DNA from: a candidate division TA06 bacterium B3_TA06
GTDB lineage: Bacteria > Hydrothermota > Tepidihabitantia > B3-TA06
Direction of reading: 5' to 3'
NCBI GenBank assembly: GCA_005223075.1
Contig: NJBO01000003.1
Location: forward strand, 81,555-145,554
Length of the DNA stretch: 64,000 bases
Under the pieces are notes generated by a model, which did no database searches, was not told the DNA's origin, and was given only the letters and a program-made list of their open reading frames with translations. Below, piece after piece: positions 56,233-64,000 of the stretch. The position numbers were made by a program, and so were the translations under genes. The first letter of the stretch is position 1, and the number at the start of each line of letters is the position of its first letter.

Positions 56233-58124
56233 CAAACAACTACGATGCTTCGCAGATTCAGGTTCTTAAGGGACTTGAAGGGGTACGCAGGCGACCGGCT
56301 ATGTATATAGGCGATGTCGGGATGCGCGGACTGCACCACCTGGTTGTAGAGATCGTCGACAACTCGATAGACGAGGCTATGGCCGGGGTGTGTAAGCATA
56401 TAACCGTTACCCTTGAGGAGCCCAACAGGGTCTCTGTTGAGGACGACGGGCGCGGTATCCCTGTGGATGTCCATCCTGAACTTGGTCTTCCAGGCCTTGA
56501 GGTGGCGATGACCGTGCTGCACGCCGGAGCTAAGTTCTCGGGTAAGGTTTATATCATCTCCGGTGGGTTGCACGGGGTGGGCGCCTCGGTGGTAAACGCG
56601 CTTTCAGAGTGGATGGAGGTAGAGGTATATCAGCACGGCAAGATCTACGTCCAATCCTACGAGAAGGGGGTAACCACAGGGCCGATACAAATCAAGGGCA
56701 ATACGAAGAAGACCGGCACGAAGACGACCTTTATCCCTGATCCTACCATCTTCAAACGCACCAGCTTCAATCCTGAGATCATCGCCACCCGGCTGCGTGA
56801 GGTCGCCTATCTTAATCCTGATCTCGCTATCAAGCTTGCGGATAAGGTCAAGGGAACAGAGCAGGTTTTTGCCTTCAAGCGGGGCATCGTGGACTTTTTG
56901 GCCTACCTTGATCAGGGACGCATCAGGCTTCACAAACCGTTATACTTCAGGGATTCGCGCAACGGCATAGAGGTGGAGACTGCCATCGAGTACACAGACA
57001 GCTTCGCCGAGAACATCGTTACCTTTGTCAACACCATCAACACCCATGAGGGGGGGACGCATCTTGTGGGTTTCAAGGCGGCGCTAACAAAGACCTTAAA
57101 CGAGGCCGCGCGCAAATCCAACTCCAAGGGCAAGGCCATCGATCTTACCGGTGAGGACGTTCGTGAGGGGCTTACGGCGATAATCTCGGTGCGGATGCGC
57201 AACCCCCAGTTTGAGGGGCAGACAAAGACAAAGCTTGGCAACAGCGAGGTGCGAGGAGTAGTAGAATCCATAGTTTCGGAGGGACTATCCAGTCACTTCG
57301 ATGAGCAGCCGCGGGTTTTAAATCTCATCCTTCAGAAGACAACTTCAGCGGCGCGCTTGCGAGAGGCGGCGCGTAAAGCTCGCGAACTCGAACGAAAGAA
57401 GAGCCTTTTAGCCTCCGACACCCTGCCGGGCAAGCTTGCCGACTGCTCGTCCGACAATCCAGATGAGTGCGAGCTCTTCATAGTCGAGGGAAACTCAGCA
57501 GGCGGCTCGGCCAAGCAAGGACGCGACCGCCGCTTCCAGGCCGTGCTTGCCCTGCGCGGAAAGATCCTTAACGTGGAGAAGTCCGGACTTAATAAGATAC
57601 TGGCCAATACGGAGATAAAGGCCATCATCAGCTCGGTGGGGACGGGCTTCGGTGAGGAGAGCTTCGACGATTCACGGGTGCGATACTCCAAGATCATCAT
57701 CATGGCCGATGCGGACGTGGACGGCTCGCACATCCGAACACTGCTTTTAACCCTTTTCTACCGGCACATGCGCGATCTTATAGAACAGGGAATGATCTAC
57801 ATCGCGCAGCCACCGCTTTACCGAATCAAAAAGGGAAAGAAGGAGGCCTACCTTTACTCCGAGGAGGAGCTTGAGGCGTTCCGTAAGGATGAGTCCCATC
57901 CGGAGCGTCTGGAGGTGCAGCGATTTAAGGGACTGGGTGAGATGAACCCGGAGCAGCTGTGGGAGACTACCATGAATCCGGAGAAGCGCATCTTAAAGAA
58001 GATCAGCGTGGCGGATGCGGCCGAGGCTCACAAGGTCTTTTCGGTGCTCATGGGCTCGGAGGTCGCGCCGCGACGGGAGTTCATAGAAGAAAACGCACAG
58101 TTTGTTGAGAATCTGGACATCTAG
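56229..58124 (+). CDS. gyrB: DNA gyrase subunit B
   Basis: VRRRPAMYIG, EIVDNSIDE, GGLHGVG, EGNSAGG, DADVDGSHI and RFKGLGEM motifs. Confidence 0.97.
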   Translation: MTNNYDASQIQVLKGLEGVRRRPAMYIGDVGMRGLHHLVVEIVDNSIDEAMAGVCKHITVTLEEPNRVSVEDDGRGIPVDVHPELGLPGLEVAMTVLHAGAKFSGKVYIISGGLHGVGASVVNALSEWMEVEVYQHGKIYVQSYEKGVTTGPIQIKGNTKKTGTKTTFIPDPTIFKRTSFNPEIIATRLREVAYLNPDLAIKLADKVKGTEQVFAFKRGIVDFLAYLDQGRIRLHKPLYFRDSRNGIEVETAIEYTDSFAENIVTFVNTINTHEGGTHLVGFKAALTKTLNEAARKSNSKGKAIDLTGEDVREGLTAIISVRMRNPQFEGQTKTKLGNSEVRGVVESIVSEGLSSHFDEQPRVLNLILQKTTSAARLREAARKARELERKKSLLASDTLPGKLADCSSDNPDECELFIVEGNSAGGSAKQGRDRRFQAVLALRGKILNVEKSGLNKILANTEIKAIISSVGTGFGEESFDDSRVRYSKIIIMADADVDGSHIRTLLLTLFYRHMRDLIEQGMIYIAQPPLYRIKKGKKEAYLYSEEELEAFRKDESHPERLEVQRFKGLGEMNPEQLWETTMNPEKRILKKISVADAAEAHKVFSVLMGSEVAPRREFIEENAQFVENLDI

Positions 58125-58132
58125 GAGGATTT

Positions 58133-59191
58133 GTGGACAGACACGCGATGTTTGCAGAGTTGACCGAGGCTTTTGGGCCTTCCGGTTACGAGGGCGACGT
58201 TCGTGCTATCATGGCGGGGCACTTTTCAGGCTCTATGAGTGTATCCACCGACCGTCTCGGCTCGGTAGTCGCCTCACATGAGGGCGAGGCGAAAGGCCCT
58301 AAGATCCTAGTCGCCGCCCACATGGACGAGGTCGGGTTCATGGTCAAGCACATCACCAAGGAAGGCTACATCCGCTTCCTGCCCATAGGCGGCTGGTGGC
58401 CGCAGGTGCTTTTAAGCCAGCGGGTTAATGTGCGCACCCGCAAGGGTGATTTCGAAGGGATCATAGGCTCCAAACCACCGCACGCCATGAAGGAGGACGA
58501 ACGAAAGAAGCCTCCAGAGATAGACGAGCTCTTCATAGACCTTGGTGTGGTCGGAGAGAAGGGGGCAGCCGATGCGGGTGTGCGCCCCGGCGACCCTATA
58601 ATCCCTGTCTCACCCTTCAGGTTTCTTGCCAACGGAGTTCTAGCTGCCAAGGCGTGGGATGACCGGGTAGGGTGTGCGGTGCTCGCCGAATTAGCCAACG
58701 ATCTTCCAAAACATCCCTCAAGGCTCTATCTGGCCGGGACGGTTCAGGAGGAGGTAGGGCTTCGCGGCGCTCGAACCGTCGCCGGTCTGGTTGAGCCTGA
58801 TGTGGCGTTCGCCATAGACGTATCGCTTTCCTCAGACACCCCTGGTGCCGATTCCGACGCGGTAGAGAAGTTCGGGGCAGGAGCCGCAGTGCTTGTTCAC
58901 GACTCAACCATGATACCTAACGTAGCCTTGCGCGATTTCGTGTGCGAGGTTGCAGAGGCCGAGGGCATCAAGTATCACCTGACATCCCTTCACGGCGGCT
59001 ACGACACCGGTGCTATACACATCTCAAAGATCGGCGTCCCCTCCATAGCACTGGGTTTGCCATCGCGCTACATCCACTCACACGTCTCGGCAATCTATGA
59101 GGAGGACTACTCAGCTCTCCTTAACTTGATGAAGGCTGTTACCCAACGCCTGGACTCCAAAAAGCTTTCTGAGATTACCAAGTTTGTCTGA
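58133..59191 (+). CDS. M42 family aminopeptidase
   Basis: AHMDEVG, KAWDDR, VQEEVGLRGA and RYIHS motifs. Confidence 0.93.
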   Translation: MDRHAMFAELTEAFGPSGYEGDVRAIMAGHFSGSMSVSTDRLGSVVASHEGEAKGPKILVAAHMDEVGFMVKHITKEGYIRFLPIGGWWPQVLLSQRVNVRTRKGDFEGIIGSKPPHAMKEDERKKPPEIDELFIDLGVVGEKGAADAGVRPGDPIIPVSPFRFLANGVLAAKAWDDRVGCAVLAELANDLPKHPSRLYLAGTVQEEVGLRGARTVAGLVEPDVAFAIDVSLSSDTPGADSDAVEKFGAGAAVLVHDSTMIPNVALRDFVCEVAEAEGIKYHLTSLHGGYDTGAIHISKIGVPSIALGLPSRYIHSHVSAIYEEDYSALLNLMKAVTQRLDSKKLSEITKFV

Positions 59192-61262
59192 AGGAGGTTT
59201 GGTGAACGATCCTAAGAAGATAAGGACCTTTGGATTCTTCGGACACGGCGGTTCGGGCAAGACCAGTCTGGCCGACGCTGTCCTTTACCTCACCAGTGCC
59301 AACTCCAGACAGGGCAAGGTGGACGCAGGCACCTCGATCTTCGACTTCGACGAGGCCGAGATAGAGAGAAAGATCAGTCTCAACCTTGCCCTTGCTTCGT
59401 GCGAGCATGCAGGCACCATCTTTAACATGGTCGACACCCCTGGCTATGCGGACTTCATAGGCGAGATGATCTCCGGTGCCCGCGCGGTTGATCTTGGTGT
59501 AGTGGTGATAGATGCCGCCGAAGGCATCGGGGTGGGCACCGAGATGAGCTGGAAACGTCTTGCCGAAGAAAAAAAGGGCAGGGCGCTCTTTATAAACAAG
59601 CTGGGCAAGGAGGATACCGACTTTGCCTCCGACTATAGCCAAATGGTTGATGCATACGGGACCTCGGTTGCGCCGATAACTATACCCATAGGTTCAGGCT
59701 CAAGCCTTTCCGGGGTGGTAGATCTCCTCAACGAAAAGGCCTATGTGACCAAGGACGGCAAGACCGAGGAGGCTCCGATCCCTGCCGACGTCAAAGGCGA
59801 CGTGGAAACCTACCGCGAGAAGCTCATAGAGGCTATTGTCGAGCTGGATGAGGACCTCTTGGAGTCCTATCTCGAAGGCAACATCCCAACGGTGGAGCAG
59901 CTTACCCCGGTGCTCAGGAAGGGTATCGCCGAGGGGGCAGCCTATCCTCTGTTCGCTGGAGACGCGCTCTCTCTCGTCGGTGTGAAGCCCTTCATCGAGT
60001 TCGCGGCCTCCTTATTCCCCTCGCCCCTTGAGATACTTCCACTAAAGGTGCAGGAAGGTGGTGAAGAGAAGGAAATCGCTCCCCATCCCGCGGGCGACGC
60101 GCTGGCCTACGTTTTCAAGACCGTCTCCGACCCTCATCTGGGTGATCTGCTCTACGTTCGTGTCTTCTCTGGCGAGATTGCATCCGGCTCCACCCTTAAG
60201 AACACCGATCAGGGCTCCTCGGAACGTATCGGACAGATCCTTTCCATCCAGGGCCGCGAGCGCTCCGAGATCGGTAAACTTTCCTGCGGCATGATAGGCG
60301 GGCTGGTTAAATTGAAGTCCACCGGCACTGGAGACACCCTCTCCTCCAAGGCGGCTCACTCCATTGGCAAGATGGAGTTTCCCAACCCGCCCATCTCGGT
60401 GGCTATCGTGCCCCAGTCCAAGGGCGACGAGGAAAAGGTCTCCAATGCGCTCGCCAGGTTGCACGACGAGGACCCCACCTTCGTCTACCGGTTTGACCCC
60501 GAACTCAAGCAGCAGCTTATTTCAGGCATGGGCGAGCTGCATCTCGACGTCATCCTGTCCAAGCTCAAGAAGAAGTTCGGGGTTTCGGTGGATACCCGCA
60601 AGCCGCGCATCCCCTATCGCGAGACCGTCACCCTAGAGGCGACCGCCCGGGGACGTCACAAGAAGCAGACCGGCGGTCGCGGTCAGTTCGGCGACGTGTT
60701 CCTTCGCCTGGAGCCTCTGTCCTTGGGGTCAGGGGCGGAGTTTGCCTCGGAGATCTTCGGCGGCGCCATCCCATCCAAGTTCATCCCGTCTGTGGAGAAG
60801 GGTGTGCGCGAGACCGTTGCACAGGGCTTTTTGGCCGGCTACCCGATGGTTGACCTCAAGGCCACGGTCTACGACGGAAGCTTTCACCCGGTGGACTCAT
60901 CGGATATCGCCTTCAAGCTTGCCGCACAGATAGCGTTCCGCGCTGCTTGTGAGAAGGCAAAACCCATACTGCTTGAACCCATCCTGACCGTCGAAGTAAC
61001 CGTTCCCGAGGAGTTCATGGGCGACGTGATAGGCGATTTGAACTCCCGGCGGGGCAAGATACAGGGCATGGACTCGGTGGGTCGCAACCAGGTGATCAAG
61101 GCTTTAGTGCCCGAGGCGGAGATGTATAAGTACGCGACGACTCTCAGATCGGTAACCCAGGGACGCGGGTTCTTCACCGCGACGTTCGATCACTACGAGC
61201 CGGTGCCTCGTGAGCTCTCGGCCAAGGTCATCGAGGAAGCGAAAAAGGCTAAAGAGGAATAA
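59184..61262 (+). CDS. fusA: Elongation factor G-like protein (EF-G2 subfamily)
   Basis: GHGGSGKT, RKISL, DTPGY, GMGELHL, KKQTGGRGQFG and DSSDIAF motifs. Degenerate G motifs fit EF-G2; start may be GTG 59202. Confidence 0.9.
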   Translation: MSEGGLVNDPKKIRTFGFFGHGGSGKTSLADAVLYLTSANSRQGKVDAGTSIFDFDEAEIERKISLNLALASCEHAGTIFNMVDTPGYADFIGEMISGARAVDLGVVVIDAAEGIGVGTEMSWKRLAEEKKGRALFINKLGKEDTDFASDYSQMVDAYGTSVAPITIPIGSGSSLSGVVDLLNEKAYVTKDGKTEEAPIPADVKGDVETYREKLIEAIVELDEDLLESYLEGNIPTVEQLTPVLRKGIAEGAAYPLFAGDALSLVGVKPFIEFAASLFPSPLEILPLKVQEGGEEKEIAPHPAGDALAYVFKTVSDPHLGDLLYVRVFSGEIASGSTLKNTDQGSSERIGQILSIQGRERSEIGKLSCGMIGGLVKLKSTGTGDTLSSKAAHSIGKMEFPNPPISVAIVPQSKGDEEKVSNALARLHDEDPTFVYRFDPELKQQLISGMGELHLDVILSKLKKKFGVSVDTRKPRIPYRETVTLEATARGRHKKQTGGRGQFGDVFLRLEPLSLGSGAEFASEIFGGAIPSKFIPSVEKGVRETVAQGFLAGYPMVDLKATVYDGSFHPVDSSDIAFKLAAQIAFRAACEKAKPILLEPILTVEVTVPEEFMGDVIGDLNSRRGKIQGMDSVGRNQVIKALVPEAEMYKYATTLRSVTQGRGFFTATFDHYEPVPRELSAKVIEEAKKAKEE

Positions 61263-61311
61263 AACACCCCGCACGTCCACTTCGCGTCCGCGCTGGGACC
61301 CCGGCAATTAG

Positions 61312-61466
61312 TGCTCCTTTTCCCCTAGAAGGGGAAAAGATCGCAAGAATGAATCTGTAGGGGCCGATTTTAAGTCGGTCTCTTTTCTTTGCTTGCGATC
61401 TTTTGACCCCAAGGTCGGCCTTCTCTCTTTTCTGCGAACTTTCGTTGCGTAGCAACGAAAGGAGCA
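61312..61466. repeat. Cluster of REP-like hairpins (TGCGA.CTTT..hairpin..AAAGGAGCA)
   Basis: Copies at 61312-61345 (-) and 61433-61466 (+); related copies at 43298-43328 and 53695-53745. Confidence 0.65.
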
Positions 61467-61543
61467 TTCAAAAAGGAGCAAAATCTGGCTTGACATTTCG
61501 CTTTCTCTTCCTATTCTATTAGCCAAGAGACCAAGGAGGATTG

Positions 61544-62434
61544 ATGCGGCGTGTCGTGGCGATAATGCTAATCACTTTAAGTACCATTAGTCTCACAACT
61601 TGCAGGAAGAAACCGCCCGAACCCTCAACCGACAAGGTCAAGGTGGTTGTTACAATACCCGTCCTTGCGGCTTTCGCCAGACAGGTGGGCGGCGACCGGG
61701 TCCAGGTTACCACGCTGCTTTCTCCGGGGGCATCACCTCACACCTTTGAGCCCACACCCTCCCAGGCCAGAGCAGCGGCCCAGGCCGATCTTGTGGTCCG
61801 CATCGGTCTTGACGCCGATCGCTGGATCCAGGGGCTTCTGCCCCAAAACGTTCCAATCGTTACGGCCACCGAACTTGAAGGCATAGAATTGATCACCGAG
61901 AATCACGGTGAAGCTCACCTGCATGCCGGTGCCAATCCCCACATCTGGCTTGATCCTGCCTACGCCAAGATTATCTGCTCCGCCATAGCCGAGGAATTAG
62001 GGCGCATCGATCCTCGGGCCCAGTCGGTCTATGAAAAAGAGAGGGATCGGTACCTCACGGAGCTTGACTCGCTTCATATTCGCATCGAGGCCGCGGTAGC
62101 CGAGTTCGGCTCAAAAAAGTACGTCTCCTTCCATCCCGCCTGGATCTACTTCGCCTTACGTTACAGTCTTGAACGCGTTGCCGTAATCGTCTCCTCGCCA
62201 GGCAAGGAACCTACTCCGAGACACCTACAGGAGGTGATCGAGTCTATCAAGAAGACCGGTGCACGCGCGGTTTTTGCCGAGCCCCAGCTCTCGCCCAAGG
62301 CGGCCCAGGTTATCGCAAAAGAGGCAGGCGTTGAGGTGCTCTTCTTGGACCCATTGGGCAAGCAGAATGAATCCTACATCAAGCTTATGGATCGCAACCT
62401 GGCGGTACTTTCAGAGGCTATGGGGGGCAGGTGA
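61544..62434 (+). CDS. znuA: Zn/Mn ABC transporter substrate-binding lipoprotein
   Basis: SPHTFEP, NPHIWLDP, FHPAW.YF and LDPLG motifs; lipoprotein-type signal. Confidence 0.9.
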   Translation: MRRVVAIMLITLSTISLTTCRKKPPEPSTDKVKVVVTIPVLAAFARQVGGDRVQVTTLLSPGASPHTFEPTPSQARAAAQADLVVRIGLDADRWIQGLLPQNVPIVTATELEGIELITENHGEAHLHAGANPHIWLDPAYAKIICSAIAEELGRIDPRAQSVYEKERDRYLTELDSLHIRIEAAVAEFGSKKYVSFHPAWIYFALRYSLERVAVIVSSPGKEPTPRHLQEVIESIKKTGARAVFAEPQLSPKAAQVIAKEAGVEVLFLDPLGKQNESYIKLMDRNLAVLSEAMGGR

Positions 62435-63270
62435 GTTCCAAAATCCTGGTTAGCCTTGAGGACGTCAGTGTACGCTTTCAAGAGCTCACGGCTCTTCATG
62501 ATGTGAACATCCAGATAACGGCGGGCTCATCCACGGCGCTCATAGGTCCGAACGGGGGCGGGAAGACAACGCTTCTCAAGGTGATAGCAGGCCTTATCAA
62601 GCCTACCCAGGGAAGGGTGCGTTACTATGATCTCAAGCGCGCCAGGATAGGTTACGTTCCCCAGGAGAGCGTGGTTGACTGGCGCTTCCCTGTGAGTGCC
62701 CTGGATGTGGTGCTCATGGGACGGTACCCGGCTTTAGGGCTCATAAGACGAGCGGGCAGGCACGACCGCGAGATCGCACTTACTATGCTTGCTCGCGTGG
62801 GGCTTAGGGATGTGGCCAAGCGTCCGGTAGGGGCACTATCCGGCGGGCAGAAGCAGCGCGTGGCCATCGCCCGTGCGCTTGTTGGTGAGCCGAAGCTTAT
62901 CCTGCTCGACGAACCCACCTCAGGCGCGGACGTTGAGGCAAAGGACCGTTTCTATTCCCTTATCCGCGAGTTGAAGAAGGAACTTTCCCTCACCATACTG
63001 GTGGCAAGCCACGATCTTGTGGTGGTGCCGAGTTTCGTTGACGATGTGGCCTGCGTGGCGAAGAGTGTGCATCTGCACGCTTGTCCCTCCGAGATCTGGG
63101 ATGAGGAACATTTCCAGCGGTTATACGGGACCCAGATGGAGGCGATCTTCCACGGAAAGGTCCCCCACCGAATGGTTGCACCCCACGCGAAGGCGAAGCC
63201 TTCGCGTGGGGACCCCGCCCGTACCCGTAACACCCGTAACACACCAAAATCGGAGAAGGGGAAGAGATAG
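62431..63270 (+). CDS. znuC: Zn/Mn ABC transporter ATP-binding protein (repeat-derived tail)
   Basis: GPNGGGKTT, IGYVPQ, LSGGQKQR, LDEP and SHD motifs. Confidence 0.92.
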   Translation: MSSKILVSLEDVSVRFQELTALHDVNIQITAGSSTALIGPNGGGKTTLLKVIAGLIKPTQGRVRYYDLKRARIGYVPQESVVDWRFPVSALDVVLMGRYPALGLIRRAGRHDREIALTMLARVGLRDVAKRPVGALSGGQKQRVAIARALVGEPKLILLDEPTSGADVEAKDRFYSLIRELKKELSLTILVASHDLVVVPSFVDDVACVAKSVHLHACPSEIWDEEHFQRLYGTQMEAIFHGKVPHRMVAPHAKAKPSRGDPARTRNTRNTPKSEKGKR

Positions 63271-64000
63271 TGTTTGAGGCTGCGTTTATGCAGCGAGCTC
63301 TGATCGCCGGGGTGCTGGTATCCGTACTGCTCTCCATTCTTGGGTTCTTCGTGGTCTTAAGAAAGATGAGCTTCATCGGTGTGGGTATCGCTCACGCCGC
63401 GTTCGGTGGTGTGGCCCTGGGACATCTTTTAGGTATTCCTGTCTTTCTTTCCGCCTCGGTATTCTCCGTGGCCGCCGGTCTTGGCATAGGTGCGGTAACC
63501 CGTCGTGGAAGGATCAAGGAGGACACGGCGATCGGCATTTTTTTTGCCGCAGGCATGGCTCTGGGGGTGCTTTTTCTCTCACTTAAACCGGGCTACATCA
63601 CTGACCTTGCAAGTTACCTGTTCGGCTCGATCCTGGCGGTTACCCCTACAGATCTCTGGATTATTGCCGCCGCAGCATTCCTCATTCTCGTCCTGCTTGC
63701 CCTCTTCTTCAAGGAGCTTATTGCCTCAAGCTTTGATGCCGAGCTTGCTCGCGCGTCGGGTATACCCGAGGGGTTCTTATTCTATCTTCTCCTTGGATTG
63801 GTCTCCCTTGGGATCGTTTCCGCGATCAAGCTCGTGGGGATAATCCTCGTCTCGGCACTACTTGTGCTGCCCGCGGCCACAGCGCTTCAGTGGTCCAGGC
63901 GCTACGGGTGGGTGCTTGCGCTTTCAGCGCTCTTCGGCCTTGCCTACACAGTGAGCGGGCTCGCAATCTCCTACTGGATCGATATCCCATCGGGTGCAAC
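63270..64000 (+). CDS. znuB: Zn/Mn ABC transporter permease (runs off window; absent from the ORF track)
   Basis: GTG start, MFEAAFMQRALIAG...G.GIAHAAFGG...YLFGSIL. Confidence 0.92.
   Translation, partial: MFEAAFMQRALIAGVLVSVLLSILGFFVVLRKMSFIGVGIAHAAFGGVALGHLLGIPVFLSASVFSVAAGLGIGAVTRRGRIKEDTAIGIFFAAGMALGVLFLSLKPGYITDLASYLFGSILAVTPTDLWIIAAAAFLILVLLALFFKELIASSFDAELARASGIPEGFLFYLLLGLVSLGIVSAIKLVGIILVSALLVLPAATALQWSRRYGWVLALSALFGLAYTVSGLAISYWIDIPSGA

Noticed and set aside
59184..61262. Degenerate GTPase motifs in EF-G as a novelty
   Set aside because: They match the known EF-G2 subfamily pattern.

Overview
Bacterial chromosomal window. A TonB receptor/DUF4249 pair and a T9SS-type C-terminal-domain remnant suggest a diderm FCB-like or candidate-phylum lineage (inference). 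Left part (1-12.6 kb): OmpA protein, DUF2520 protein, pcm, and a histidine kinase plus sigma-54 regulator next to a sigma-54 operon (Cys-rich protein, active glutamate dehydrogenase, catalytically degenerate GDH paralogue), then a TonB receptor/lipoprotein pair. Accessory block (12.6-24.4 kb): an LRR lipoprotein, an RsbRST stressosome, and a tandemly duplicated divergent module [STAS/SEC14 gene <- conserved ~530-bp leader with an unannotated leader peptide -> luxE-luxC] with no luxAB or luxD. An SDR and a decayed xis/int follow. A ~9.2-kb island is integrated in tRNA-Thr(CGT) (47-bp att repeat) and carries KTSC, an RloC-like SMC ATPase with a small partner ORF, a type IIG R-M enzyme and an integrase. 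Next come an alpha-2-macroglobulin operon with PBP, SpoIID and gluzincin genes, and core genes (queD-like, scpB, alaS, recX, recA, glmS, glmM, SPFH, recF, DUF721, gyrB, M42, EF-G2, znuACB). Three dispersed micro-repeat families and many apparently leaderless promoters are also visible. The strongest candidate for an undescribed system is the duplicated luxE/luxC-STAS-stressosome locus with its conserved leader. All family assignments come from motif recognition by eye; no searches were run.
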